This document shows, piece after piece, positions 54,299-64,000 of a DNA stretch of 64,000 nucleotides. Location: assembly GCA_963766715.1 (NCBI GenBank), contig CAVYBH010000017.1, positions 89,868 through 153,867 on the forward strand. The letters are read 5' to 3'. Numbering within the stretch: position 1 is the first letter of the stretch; every line of letters begins with the position of its first letter. A model generated the notes under the pieces. It was not told where the DNA came from and made no database searches. It saw nothing but the letters and a program-made list of their open reading frames with translations. This DNA is from an uncultured delta proteobacterium. Its GTDB lineage: Bacteria; Myxococcota; Myxococcia; Myxococcales; Anaeromyxobacteraceae. The position numbers and the translations under genes were made by a program.

Positions 54299-55446
54299 CT
54301 ATCTCCTCACCAGCAGCGCCACGGCGTGCGCCGCGATTCCCTCGCCTCGCCCCACGAATCCGAGCCCCTCGCCGGTGGTCGCCTTCACGTTCACCTGCCC
54401 GGGTGCGACGCCCAGCGCCTCCGCCAGCCGGGCTCGCATCTCGTCGGCGCGGGGCGCGATCTTCGGGACGCCGCGCCGCCAGCGTCACGTCGCAGTTCCC
54501 GACCGTCCACCCCAGCGCCGCGGCCTTCGCGGCCACCTCCCGGAGGAGGCGGAGGGACGAGACCCCCTTCCACTGCGGGTCGGTGTCGGGGAAGTGGCGG
54601 CCGATGTCCCCCAGGCCCGCCGCGCCGAGCACGGCGTCGCAGAGGGCATGGGCGCAGATGTCGGCGTCGGAGTGACCGAGCAGCCCGTCTCCCTCGAACT
54701 CGACGCCGCCGAGCACGAGCTTCCGTCCCGGCGCGAAGGCGTGGACGTCGTAGCCCACGCCCATGGCGACGGCCGGCTCGACGAGCGCCCGGGCCCGGGC
54801 CAGGTCGCCCGGCCCGGTGATCTTGAAGTTCGTCGCCTCGCCAGGGACGAGCGCCACCGTCTCCCCGAGCCGCTCGACGAGCTGGCACTCGTCGGTGGCC
54901 CCGGCTGCGGAGGGGCCCGCCGACTCGAAGGCCCTTCGCAACAGGGAGGTGCGGAATCCCTGCGGCGTCTGGGCCAGCCACACGCTGCGCCGGTCGAGGG
55001 TCTCGGCGACGCGATCGCCCTCGGCCCGCTTCACGGTGTCGGTCGCGGCGAGAGCGGCCAGTGCGGCGCCGCGCGCGAGCGCCGTCTCGGCCACCGCCCG
55101 CGCCAGGGCCGGGGTGGCGAAGGGGCGCGCCGCGTCGTGCACGAGCACCACCCCCACCGGCCCCAGGGCGTCGAGCCCGGCCCGGACCGAGTCGGCCCGT
55201 GCGAGCCCGCCCGCGACCGTGCGGACCGGGATTCCGATGCCGGCCAGGTCGGTCTGGCCCCGCTCTTCCTCCCCGGCCGGGACGACCAGGACCAGCTCGT
55301 CGACCACGCCGGAGGCGGCCAGGGCGCGCGCGGCCCGGCGAAGGACCGTCTCCCCGCCCAGGGAGACCCATTGCTTGGCGACGCCGGCGCGAAGCCCCGA
55401 ATCCGCCCGCCGCCAGGATCGCTCCCACCCTCTCGCTGCCGATCAC
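54299..55446 (-). pseudogene. ispDF: Bifunctional IspD/IspF (MEP cytidylyltransferase / MEcPP synthase); frame broken twice (~55400 and ~54466)
   Basis: GTG 55446 (GTG 55428 is the alternative) gives ...VGAILAAGG. A +1 jump (gattcg for gatcg) leads to SGLRAGVAKQWVSLGG...HDAARPF...TPQGF (IspD), then GYDVHAF...GHSDADICAHA (IspF). A second +1 jump (ccc for cc) gives ...[16 protein letters not shown]...[19 protein letters not shown] with TAG at 54299-54301. Confidence 0.85.
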
Positions 55447-55621
55447 CCTGCCTCCACTCCCCGGCTGGCACCGACCGTGCTCTGTCCCGACGTCGATGCC
55501 CGCCCTGACCGCCACCACGGACGTCGCGCCCCGGAAACGAGACCGCCGCGCGTGCCGATGGCCGCGCGGCGGACGCATCCGCAGTCGGTCCGGCGCGGCG
55601 AGCCGCCCCGGCCGGGCGGCT

Positions 55622-56137
55622 TCAGTTGATGTTGAAGATCTTCCGGAGCTCGGTCTCCACGTCCTGCTCGTCACAGTCCTTGGCGATGGCCAGTTCCTTG
55701 ATGAGCAGCGACCGCGCCGTATCGAGCATCTTCCGCTCGCCGAAGGACAGGTCCTTGTCGGAGCGGAGCAGGTAGAGATCGCGCAGGACCTCGGCGATCT
55801 CGAAGACCGAACCGGTCTTGATCTTGTCCATGTACTCGCGGTACCGGCGGTTCCAGGTGGTGGAATCGACCGAGACCTCCTTCTCGCGAAGGATGCTGTA
55901 GACCTTGCGCACTTCCTTGTCGCCGATGATCTCGCGCAGGCCGACCGAGCCCACCTTGTTCATCGGGATCATGATCTTCATCCCGTTGTCGAGGATGCGC
56001 AGCACGTAGAAGGACTGCCGCTGGCCGGCAACCTCCTTGTGCTCGATGCCCATCACTTCGCCAACTCCCTGACCAGGGTAAACTGCCTTGTCCCCGACCT
56101 TGAAGGTCGGGCCCGACGGGTTCTGAGGTGCGGCCAT
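55622..56137 (-). CDS. carD: CarD/CdnL family transcriptional regulator
   Basis: Intact 171-aa ORF. The N-terminal Tudor-like RNAP-interaction module is FKVGDKAVYPGQGVGEVMGIEHKEVAGQRQSFYVL, followed by a helical C-terminal domain. Confidence 0.9.
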   Translation of the reverse strand: MAAPQNPSGPTFKVGDKAVYPGQGVGEVMGIEHKEVAGQRQSFYVLRILDNGMKIMIPMNKVGSVGLREIIGDKEVRKVYSILREKEVSVDSTTWNRRYREYMDKIKTGSVFEIAEVLRDLYLLRSDKDLSFGERKMLDTARSLLIKELAIAKDCDEQDVETELRKIFNIN

Positions 56138-56292
56138 TCGTTCCTCCGCCCGGCTGCCAATCTCGCCTGCGCCCGGGTGTTCGGGCGGGCGGGCGCTGGG
56201 CCTGGAGCGCGAACCCTACCACAACGCTTGCGCCCCGTCAATACGAGCGAAATCGATCGCTTTCGGGTGCTTTCCTGAGCACTTCCGCAAGG

Positions 56293-58596
56293 TTGGCGCG
56301 CTGGGCCGCCTGGTTTGCCGCCGGGGCGGCCGCGGCCATCTCCTTGAAACCAGGGGCTTTCGCCATCGCGGGGGGTGCCGCAGCAGCGGCGGCCGGGCTG
56401 GCCTGGACCCCCGCCACGCCCCTCGCCTTCGCGGCTGCAGGATGGGTCGCGGGCGGGGTAGCCCGGACGGGGCGGCTCGCGCCGCCAGCCCCGTCGGCCA
56501 CCCTCCGAGGCGCGGTGGTCTCCATGCCCCGTCACGACGAGGATCGGGCCCGGTTCACGGTGGAGGACGCGACCGCCGGACGGCTCGAGGTCTCCTCACC
56601 CGACCTGCCCGTGCCCCTGGCGCTCGGGGACGAGGTGCTCGTCTCGGCCGACGTCCGGGAGCTCCGGTCCGCCCGGAACCCGGGAGGCCGGGATCCCTCC
56701 TCCGTCTCCGTGGCCCACGGGGTCGCCGGGCAGGCCTGGACCCGCACCCCACCGGCCCGGACGGCGCCGCCCGCCCTCCTCTCCCGCGTCGCCGCGGCAC
56801 GCATCGCGTTCGGCCTGGCGGCCTCCCGGGTGCTGCCTGCCCGCGAGGCCGCGCTCGTCCGCGCCATCGGGGCCGGAGACGAGTCGACGGTCGACGCCGA
56901 CACCCGCGACCGCTTCGCCCGCAGCGGGCTGGCCCACGTGCTCTCGGTCTCCGGCCTCCACCTCGCGGTGGTCGCCCTGGGGACGTGGCGCGCGCTGCGA
57001 GCGGGCCTGGTCCGCCTCGAGCCCATCTCGTCCCGGTTCGACGTGCGGCGCGCCGCCGCCGTGGCCGCACTCCCGGTGACTGCCATCTACGCGGTGGCCA
57101 CCGGCGCCTCGGTGCCCGTCGTCCGGTCGGCGGTCGCCACCGGCCTGGTCTTCGGATCGGTGCTCCTCGGCCGCCGCCCGGACGCTGGGCACGCCCTCGC
57201 CGTGGCGGCCATCGCCATCCTGGCCTGGGACCCGGGCTCCCTCGTCGACGTCTCCTTCCAGCTCTCCTTCGTGTCGGTGGGCGGCCTGCTCCTCCTCGCG
57301 GGCCCGCTCCGCCGGGCCTTGCCGGTGCACCCCAATCCATCGCGTCTCACCGGCCGAGCCCTCGAGTCGGCCCTCCAGGGAGCCTGTGCGAGCGCCGCTG
57401 CGACGATGGCCACCGCGCCGCTCCTGGCCCTCCACTTCCGGCGCCTCTCGACCCTCGCCATCCCCGCCAACGCCGTGGGGTTGCCCTTCGCGTCGGCGCT
57501 CACGGTCCTCGCGGCGCTGGCCTTCCTGGCGAGCGCGGCGGCCCCTCCCCTCGCACCGGCGCTTCTCTGGCTCTGCCGCCCCTTCGCGACCGCGTTCCTC
57601 GCCGTGAACGACGCCTTCGCCGCTCCGCCCCTCGCCTCGGTGGGGATCGCCTCTCCTGGCTGGGGCCTCGTCGCAGCGGCCTACGCACTGGGAGGGGCGG
57701 CGCTGCTCTCGCGCGGGCGGAGGCGCTGGGTGCTCGCGGCCTGCGCCGCGGCGGCGGTCGCGCTGCCCGGACCGGCTCGCCTGCTGGCGGCCCGCCACCG
57801 CGCCGGCATCGAGGTGGTCTTCCTCTCGGTGGGCCAGGGGGACTGCACGCTCATCCGCCTGCCCGACGGCTCGGGCGTGGTGATCGACGCGGGGGGCGAC
57901 CCGGCCGGGCGCTACGACCCCGGTGCACGCGACGTCCTTCCCTTCCTCCTCGACATGGGTGTCGTCCGCCTCGCGGCCGCCTTCGTCTCCCATCCCCATC
58001 CCGACCACCTGCAGGGGCTCCCCGCCGTCGTGACGGGCCTGCGGGGAGAACGCGTCTTCGCCTCCTTCGACCGCGGCGACGCGGCGGCCCGCGCCGCGTT
58101 CGATCGGATGCCTCCCGCCCGCGTGCTCGCTGCCGGCGACGACCTCACCCTGGCGGGCGTGCGCTTCCGGGTCCTCGGGCCGCCCCGAGGGACGCACGGG
58201 CTCCGCGAGAACGACGCCTCCCTCGTCCTCCACGTGTCCTACGGCGCCACCTCCTTCCTGCTCCCCGGCGACGTCGAGTCCGCGGGAGAGGCGGCGCTCC
58301 TCGCCGGCGAGGTCCCTCGCGTCGACGTGGTGAAGGCGCCCCACCACGGCAGCCGCACCAGCTCCGGGCGCGGGCTCGTCCGCGCCACGCGGCCGCGCTG
58401 GGTGGTCTTCATGGTCGGCGCCGGGAACCGGTACGGCTTCCCGCACGCGGAGACCGTGTCCCGGTGGCAGGAGGTCGGCGCCGAGCTCCTCCGCACCGAT
58501 TCGGGGCCGGTGCGCTTTCGCTCCGACGGTCGCCAGGTCTGGCGCACGGACCCCGCCGCCGCGCTCGACGCCTGGGACCTCGCCGCCGGGAGGTGA
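56293..58596 (+). CDS. comEC: DNA internalization-related competence protein ComEC/Rec2; start uncertain
   Basis: ORF 56128..58596. Its first codons overlap carD antisense and look like a shadow, so TTG 56293 is a tentative start. Features: N-terminal TM helices, competence domain (GLAHVLSVSGLHLAVV), and a C-terminal metallo-beta-lactamase domain (FVSHPHPDHLQGL, KAPHHGS). Confidence 0.75.
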   Translation: MARWAAWFAAGAAAAISLKPGAFAIAGGAAAAAAGLAWTPATPLAFAAAGWVAGGVARTGRLAPPAPSATLRGAVVSMPRHDEDRARFTVEDATAGRLEVSSPDLPVPLALGDEVLVSADVRELRSARNPGGRDPSSVSVAHGVAGQAWTRTPPARTAPPALLSRVAAARIAFGLAASRVLPAREAALVRAIGAGDESTVDADTRDRFARSGLAHVLSVSGLHLAVVALGTWRALRAGLVRLEPISSRFDVRRAAAVAALPVTAIYAVATGASVPVVRSAVATGLVFGSVLLGRRPDAGHALAVAAIAILAWDPGSLVDVSFQLSFVSVGGLLLLAGPLRRALPVHPNPSRLTGRALESALQGACASAAATMATAPLLALHFRRLSTLAIPANAVGLPFASALTVLAALAFLASAAAPPLAPALLWLCRPFATAFLAVNDAFAAPPLASVGIASPGWGLVAAAYALGGAALLSRGRRRWVLAACAAAAVALPGPARLLAARHRAGIEVVFLSVGQGDCTLIRLPDGSGVVIDAGGDPAGRYDPGARDVLPFLLDMGVVRLAAAFVSHPHPDHLQGLPAVVTGLRGERVFASFDRGDAAARAAFDRMPPARVLAAGDDLTLAGVRFRVLGPPRGTHGLRENDASLVLHVSYGATSFLLPGDVESAGEAALLAGEVPRVDVVKAPHHGSRTSSGRGLVRATRPRWVVFMVGAGNRYGFPHAETVSRWQEVGAELLRTDSGPVRFRSDGRQVWRTDPAAALDAWDLAAGR

Positions 58597-58600
58597 CGCC

Positions 58601-59335
58601 GTGCAGAGCCACGTCCTCGTCCAGGAGCCTGGTAAGCCGGACCGCGAGTGGCCGCTCTCGCCGGGGGAGACCGCGGAGCCCCTCCCCTCGGTCCGCGTCT
58701 CGGCGGCGGAGGCCGCCGGGGTCGTCATCGAGCCCTCCGTCCGGCGGATCACGGTGGGTGGACGGGTCCTGCGCGGCGGGGAGCGACGGCTCCTCCGGCC
58801 GGGTGAGGTGGCACGGGTGGGGGAAGCCCGGATCGTCGCGTCGAGCCGCGAACCGGGCACGGCCACCCAGGCGCGCGGGCTCCTGCTCGCGGCGCTCCGC
58901 GGGGAGGAGGTCCGCTTCGGGCCGGGCCTCGACGTCCTGGAAGGCCCGGAGGCGGGACGCCTCCTGCCGCTGCGGGAGGGCGTGCTCGGCCGGGGATCGC
59001 CGGCCACGCTGCGCCTCGCCGATCCGTCGCTCTCCCGGAGTCACGCCCGGATCCGGGTCGAGGGCGGGCGGGTGCTCGTGGAGGATCTGGGGAGCAAGAA
59101 CGGCACCTGGCTGCGAGGAGCGCCCATCTCCTCGCTCCGGGAGCTCCGCCCCGGCGACGAGGCGCGTGCGGGGCGCACCGTGTTCGCCCTTGCGCTCACC
59201 GCCGGCGCTGGAACGCAGCCTCCGCCTTCCCGGCGGGAGCCGGCGCCGCCGGCTCGCATGAGCCGGCTGGCCCGCGCCGCGCTGGCCGTGGCCATCGGGG
59301 CAGCGGCCGCCGCCGCGGCGATCGCCTCCTCGTGA
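58601..59335 (+). CDS. FHA domain protein with C-terminal membrane anchor
   Basis: GTG 58601 lies 4 nt after the comEC stop. FHA core: GVLGRGSPATLRLADPSLSRSHARIRVEGGRVLVEDLGSKNGTWL. C-terminal hydrophobic segment: LARAALAVAIGAAAAAAAIA. Confidence 0.75.
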   Translation: MQSHVLVQEPGKPDREWPLSPGETAEPLPSVRVSAAEAAGVVIEPSVRRITVGGRVLRGGERRLLRPGEVARVGEARIVASSREPGTATQARGLLLAALRGEEVRFGPGLDVLEGPEAGRLLPLREGVLGRGSPATLRLADPSLSRSHARIRVEGGRVLVEDLGSKNGTWLRGAPISSLRELRPGDEARAGRTVFALALTAGAGTQPPPSRREPAPPARMSRLARAALAVAIGAAAAAAAIASS

Positions 59336-59344
59336 CCCGTCCGG

Positions 59345-60277
59345 CTAGAGGCGGGCGCCCATGCCGCGATAGGCGTTCTCGAGGGCATCGAAGTCGCGCA
59401 GGACGGTCGCGCCGGCGTCCCGGAAGGGCTCGACTCGCCCGTTCGTGGCAGCCCCTCCGACGAGGATGTCCACGCCCCGCGGAAGCGCCTGGGCGATGGT
59501 GCCTGCGACCTGCTCGGGCGGGATTTCGCCGGTCACGGTCATCCCGAGCACCACCACCCGGGCTCCGGTGCGCCGGACCGCCTCCACCACGTCCGCGTGC
59601 GGAAGGTCCGCCCCCAGGTAGATGACGCCCAGGCCCGCCGTGGCCCCCAGCATCGCCGCGGCCAGGATGCCGATCTCGTGCCGCTCGCCCGCGGGCGTGG
59701 CGAACACGACACCCGCCCGGCCGTCTCGCGGCGCCTGGACCCGGACCAGCGAGCCGAGGAGGTTTCGCATGGCGCCGGTGGCCAGGTGCTCCTGGGCGAC
59801 GGTGAACTGGCCCCGCTCCCAGGCATCCCCGACCTCCCGCATCAGCGGGAGCACCACCTGGAAGACCAGCTCGCGGGCCGACAGCACCGCGGCGAGCTTC
59901 CCCACCTGGCGGTCCAGCGCGGCCATGTCGTACCGGTCGATGGCCTCGAAGAGCGCGCGCAGGTCAATCTGGTCGGCCTTGCCGTCGCGGTCCCGCGGCT
60001 CGAGACCCGCCTCCAGCAGGCGCGAGAGCTCGGCGTCGCCCATGTTGGCGATCCGCCCGATCGCGTGCCCCCGCTCGACGAGCCGCCGGAGCAGCTTCAG
60101 CTTCTGGACGTCGGGCTCGGCGTAGAGCCGGCCGCAATCGTCCCGGCCGGGCTCCACGGCGCCGTAGCGCCGCTCCCACGCGCGGAGGGTGTCGATGGGG
60201 ATCCCGGTCAGTCGGGCGACGACCCGGATCGGGTACTTGCCTGGACCTCTCTCGGCGGATGCGTCCATGGAATCCAC
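59345..60277 (-). CDS. MerR-family regulator with cobalamin-binding domain (CarH/LitR-like photoreceptor candidate)
   Basis: N-terminal MerR HTH: YPIRVVARLTGIPIDTLRAWERRYG. Four-helix-bundle motif W-x9-E-H: WERGQFTVAQEH. Rossmann B12 motif E-x-H-x-x-G: GERHEIG. Also ...LVGGAA. Confidence 0.8.
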   Translation of the reverse strand: MDSMDASAERGPGKYPIRVVARLTGIPIDTLRAWERRYGAVEPGRDDCGRLYAEPDVQKLKLLRRLVERGHAIGRIANMGDAELSRLLEAGLEPRDRDGKADQIDLRALFEAIDRYDMAALDRQVGKLAAVLSARELVFQVVLPLMREVGDAWERGQFTVAQEHLATGAMRNLLGSLVRVQAPRDGRAGVVFATPAGERHEIGILAAAMLGATAGLGVIYLGADLPHADVVEAVRRTGARVVVLGMTVTGEIPPEQVAGTIAQALPRGVDILVGGAATNGRVEPFRDAGATVLRDFDALENAYRGMGARL

Positions 60278-60296
60278 TTAGCAGGACGACAAGCGC

Positions 60297-60313
60297 TTGC
60301 AAGTCATTTGCAA
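60297..60313. promoter_or_regulatory. Candidate operator/-35 element: TTGCAA-gtcat-TTGCAA direct repeat with 11-bp register
   Basis: Read directly in the AT-richer 101-bp divergent intergenic region between the CarH-like gene and the SRPBCC gene. The two hexamers start at 60297 and 60308. Function is inferred only. Confidence 0.3.
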
Positions 60314-60378
60314 TGCCTTTATCCATGACAACGATCGCCCCGTGGACGATCAAGGACTTGTCGAAGGGAGCTGCCCGA

Positions 60379-60861
60379 ATGACCCCGTTCCACATCCTCG
60401 AACGGCACCAGACCGTGCCCCTGAGCCGGGCCGAGGTGTTCGCCTTCTTCGCCGACCCGCGGAACCTCGAGGCCATCACCCCCGATTTCCTCCGGTTCCG
60501 GATCCTTCCCCCGGTGCCGTCCACGCTGCAGGTGGAATCCCGCATCGACTACCGGCTGTCGCTCTTCGGCGTCCCGTTCCGGTGGCGGACCCGGATCGCC
60601 GCCTGGCGCCCGGGCGAGCGCTTCGTGGACGTCCAGGAACGCGGTCCCTACGCCCTCTGGCACCACACGCACACCTTCCGCGACGTCGACGGGGGGACCC
60701 AGGTCTCCGATCGGGTCGAGTACGCCCTTCCCCTCGGCGTCCTGGGCGCGGCGGCCCACCCGCTCATGGTCCGTCGCACGCTGGCCCGGATCTTCGATCA
60801 CCGGCGCGAGCGCGTCGCCGCCCTGCTGGGCGGCGCGCCGATGTCGCAGCGAGCGGCCTGA
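60379..60861 (+). CDS. SRPBCC (START/cyclase-dehydrase-like) family protein
   Basis: ATG 60379 is preceded by GGGAG. Sequence: MTPFHILERHQTVPLSRAEVFAFFADPRNLEAITP...RFVDVQERGPYALWHHTHTF. This resembles the COG4276-type SRPBCC fold, assigned from memory. Confidence 0.65.
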   Translation: MTPFHILERHQTVPLSRAEVFAFFADPRNLEAITPDFLRFRILPPVPSTLQVESRIDYRLSLFGVPFRWRTRIAAWRPGERFVDVQERGPYALWHHTHTFRDVDGGTQVSDRVEYALPLGVLGAAAHPLMVRRTLARIFDHRRERVAALLGGAPMSQRAA

Positions 60862-63241
<2,380 letters not shown>

Positions 63242-63252
63242 GGGGTCGGGGC

Positions 63253-64000
63253 TCAGAGCCGGATGCGCCGCACTTCGCGGACGTGGGGAATGGAGCGGAG
63301 GGCGTCGAGGACGGCCGAGGGGGGCTCGGAGTCGACGTTCAGGAGCGACACCGCCGCGGCGCCGGTCGAATCCCGGGAGAGCGAGATGCCGGCGATGTTC
63401 ACGCCGGCGGCGCCGAGCGACGTGCCGATGTTCCCCACCACGCCCGGCGAGTCGTCGTTCACGCAGAGGATGATGTGCCCCTCCGGGACCGCCTCGAGGC
63501 GGAACTGGTTGACCCGCACGATGCGGAGGTCGCGGCGGCCGAAGACCGTGCCGGCCACCACCGCCTCCCCGCCCTGCCCGGTCACCGACACGGTCACCAG
63601 GCTCGCGTAGTCCTGGTGCCCGGCCACCTGCTCCTCGCGGACGGTGATCCCGCGCTCCCGCGCGATTCCCGGAGCGCTCACCTCGTTCACCGGCTGCGCC
63701 TCGACGTGGGAGAGCATCCCCGAGAGCACGGCGGCGGTGAGCGGGCGCGGCGAGGCCTCGGCGACGTCGCCGGCGTAGGACACGCGAACCTCCCGGACCC
63801 CGCTCGGGCCGATCTGGGCGGCCAGCGAGCCCAGCTTCCCGGCCGAGCTCCAGGTAGGGTCCGAACCGCTCCAGCGCCTCCCGCGACATCGACGGCACGT
63901 TGACCGCGTTCTTCACCTCGCCCCGGGTCAGGAAGGCCGCCAGCTGCTCGGCGATGCCCACCGCCACGGCGGCCTGGGCCTCCTCGGTGGAGGCCCCCAG
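63253..64000 (-). pseudogene. serA: D-3-phosphoglycerate dehydrogenase, C-terminal part (5' end outside the window); frame broken once (~63841)
   Basis: ...GASTEEAQAAVAVGIAEQLAAFLTRGEVKNAVNVPSMSREALERFGPYLELG jumps +1 to GKLGSLAAQIGPSGVREVRVSYAGDVAE... (ORF 63253..63783). It ends with the ACT domain HIILCVNDDSPGVVGNIGTSLGAAGVNIAGISL. Confidence 0.85.

Overview
Very GC-rich, gene-dense chromosomal core region. I recognise 55 protein-coding genes and no rRNA, tRNA, CRISPR array, transposase or integrase. The content looks Myxococcota-like, probably Anaeromyxobacter-type. That is an inference from a globin-coupled histidine kinase followed by a two-receiver response regulator with Asp52/Asp169, as I recall for the published AfGcHK system.

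Most genes are housekeeping:
- Translation: metG, glyQ, glyS, cysS.
- Replication and repair: holA, holB, polA, recO, uvrB, uvrC.
- Biosynthesis: pyrD, purA, hisZ, serA, ispDF, cysE, ppa, plsB, queE.
- Other: rimI, carD/cdnL, comEC.

The less ordinary content is:
1. A four-gene signalling cluster: globin-coupled kinase, dual-REC regulator, REC-kinase and a convergent sigma-54 activator.
2. Two large translationally coupled lipoprotein genes of unknown function between glyS and polA.
3. An orphan GspE/PilB-type ATPase coupled to an AAA+ ATPase and a GNAT gene.
4. A CarH/LitR-type B12-binding MerR regulator, divergent from an SRPBCC gene, with a conspicuous AT-rich direct repeat between them.
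5. A TatD-associated-type radical SAM gene in a CBS / DksA-TraR operon.

The strongest sequence-level signal is technical or evolutionary. By manual reading, about 23 single-base frame breaks interrupt 15 otherwise conserved minus-strand genes, including polA, uvrB, purA, pyrD and ispDF. Nearly all are repaired by removing one base from a short run. I read these as probable indel errors rather than true pseudogenes, but they are labelled pseudogene because the frame is broken as given.

I found no convincing evidence for a wholly new multi-gene system. The candidates above are flagged with moderate interest only. The many very long alternative-frame ORFs in the track are GC-driven shadows or artificial fusions across frame breaks.
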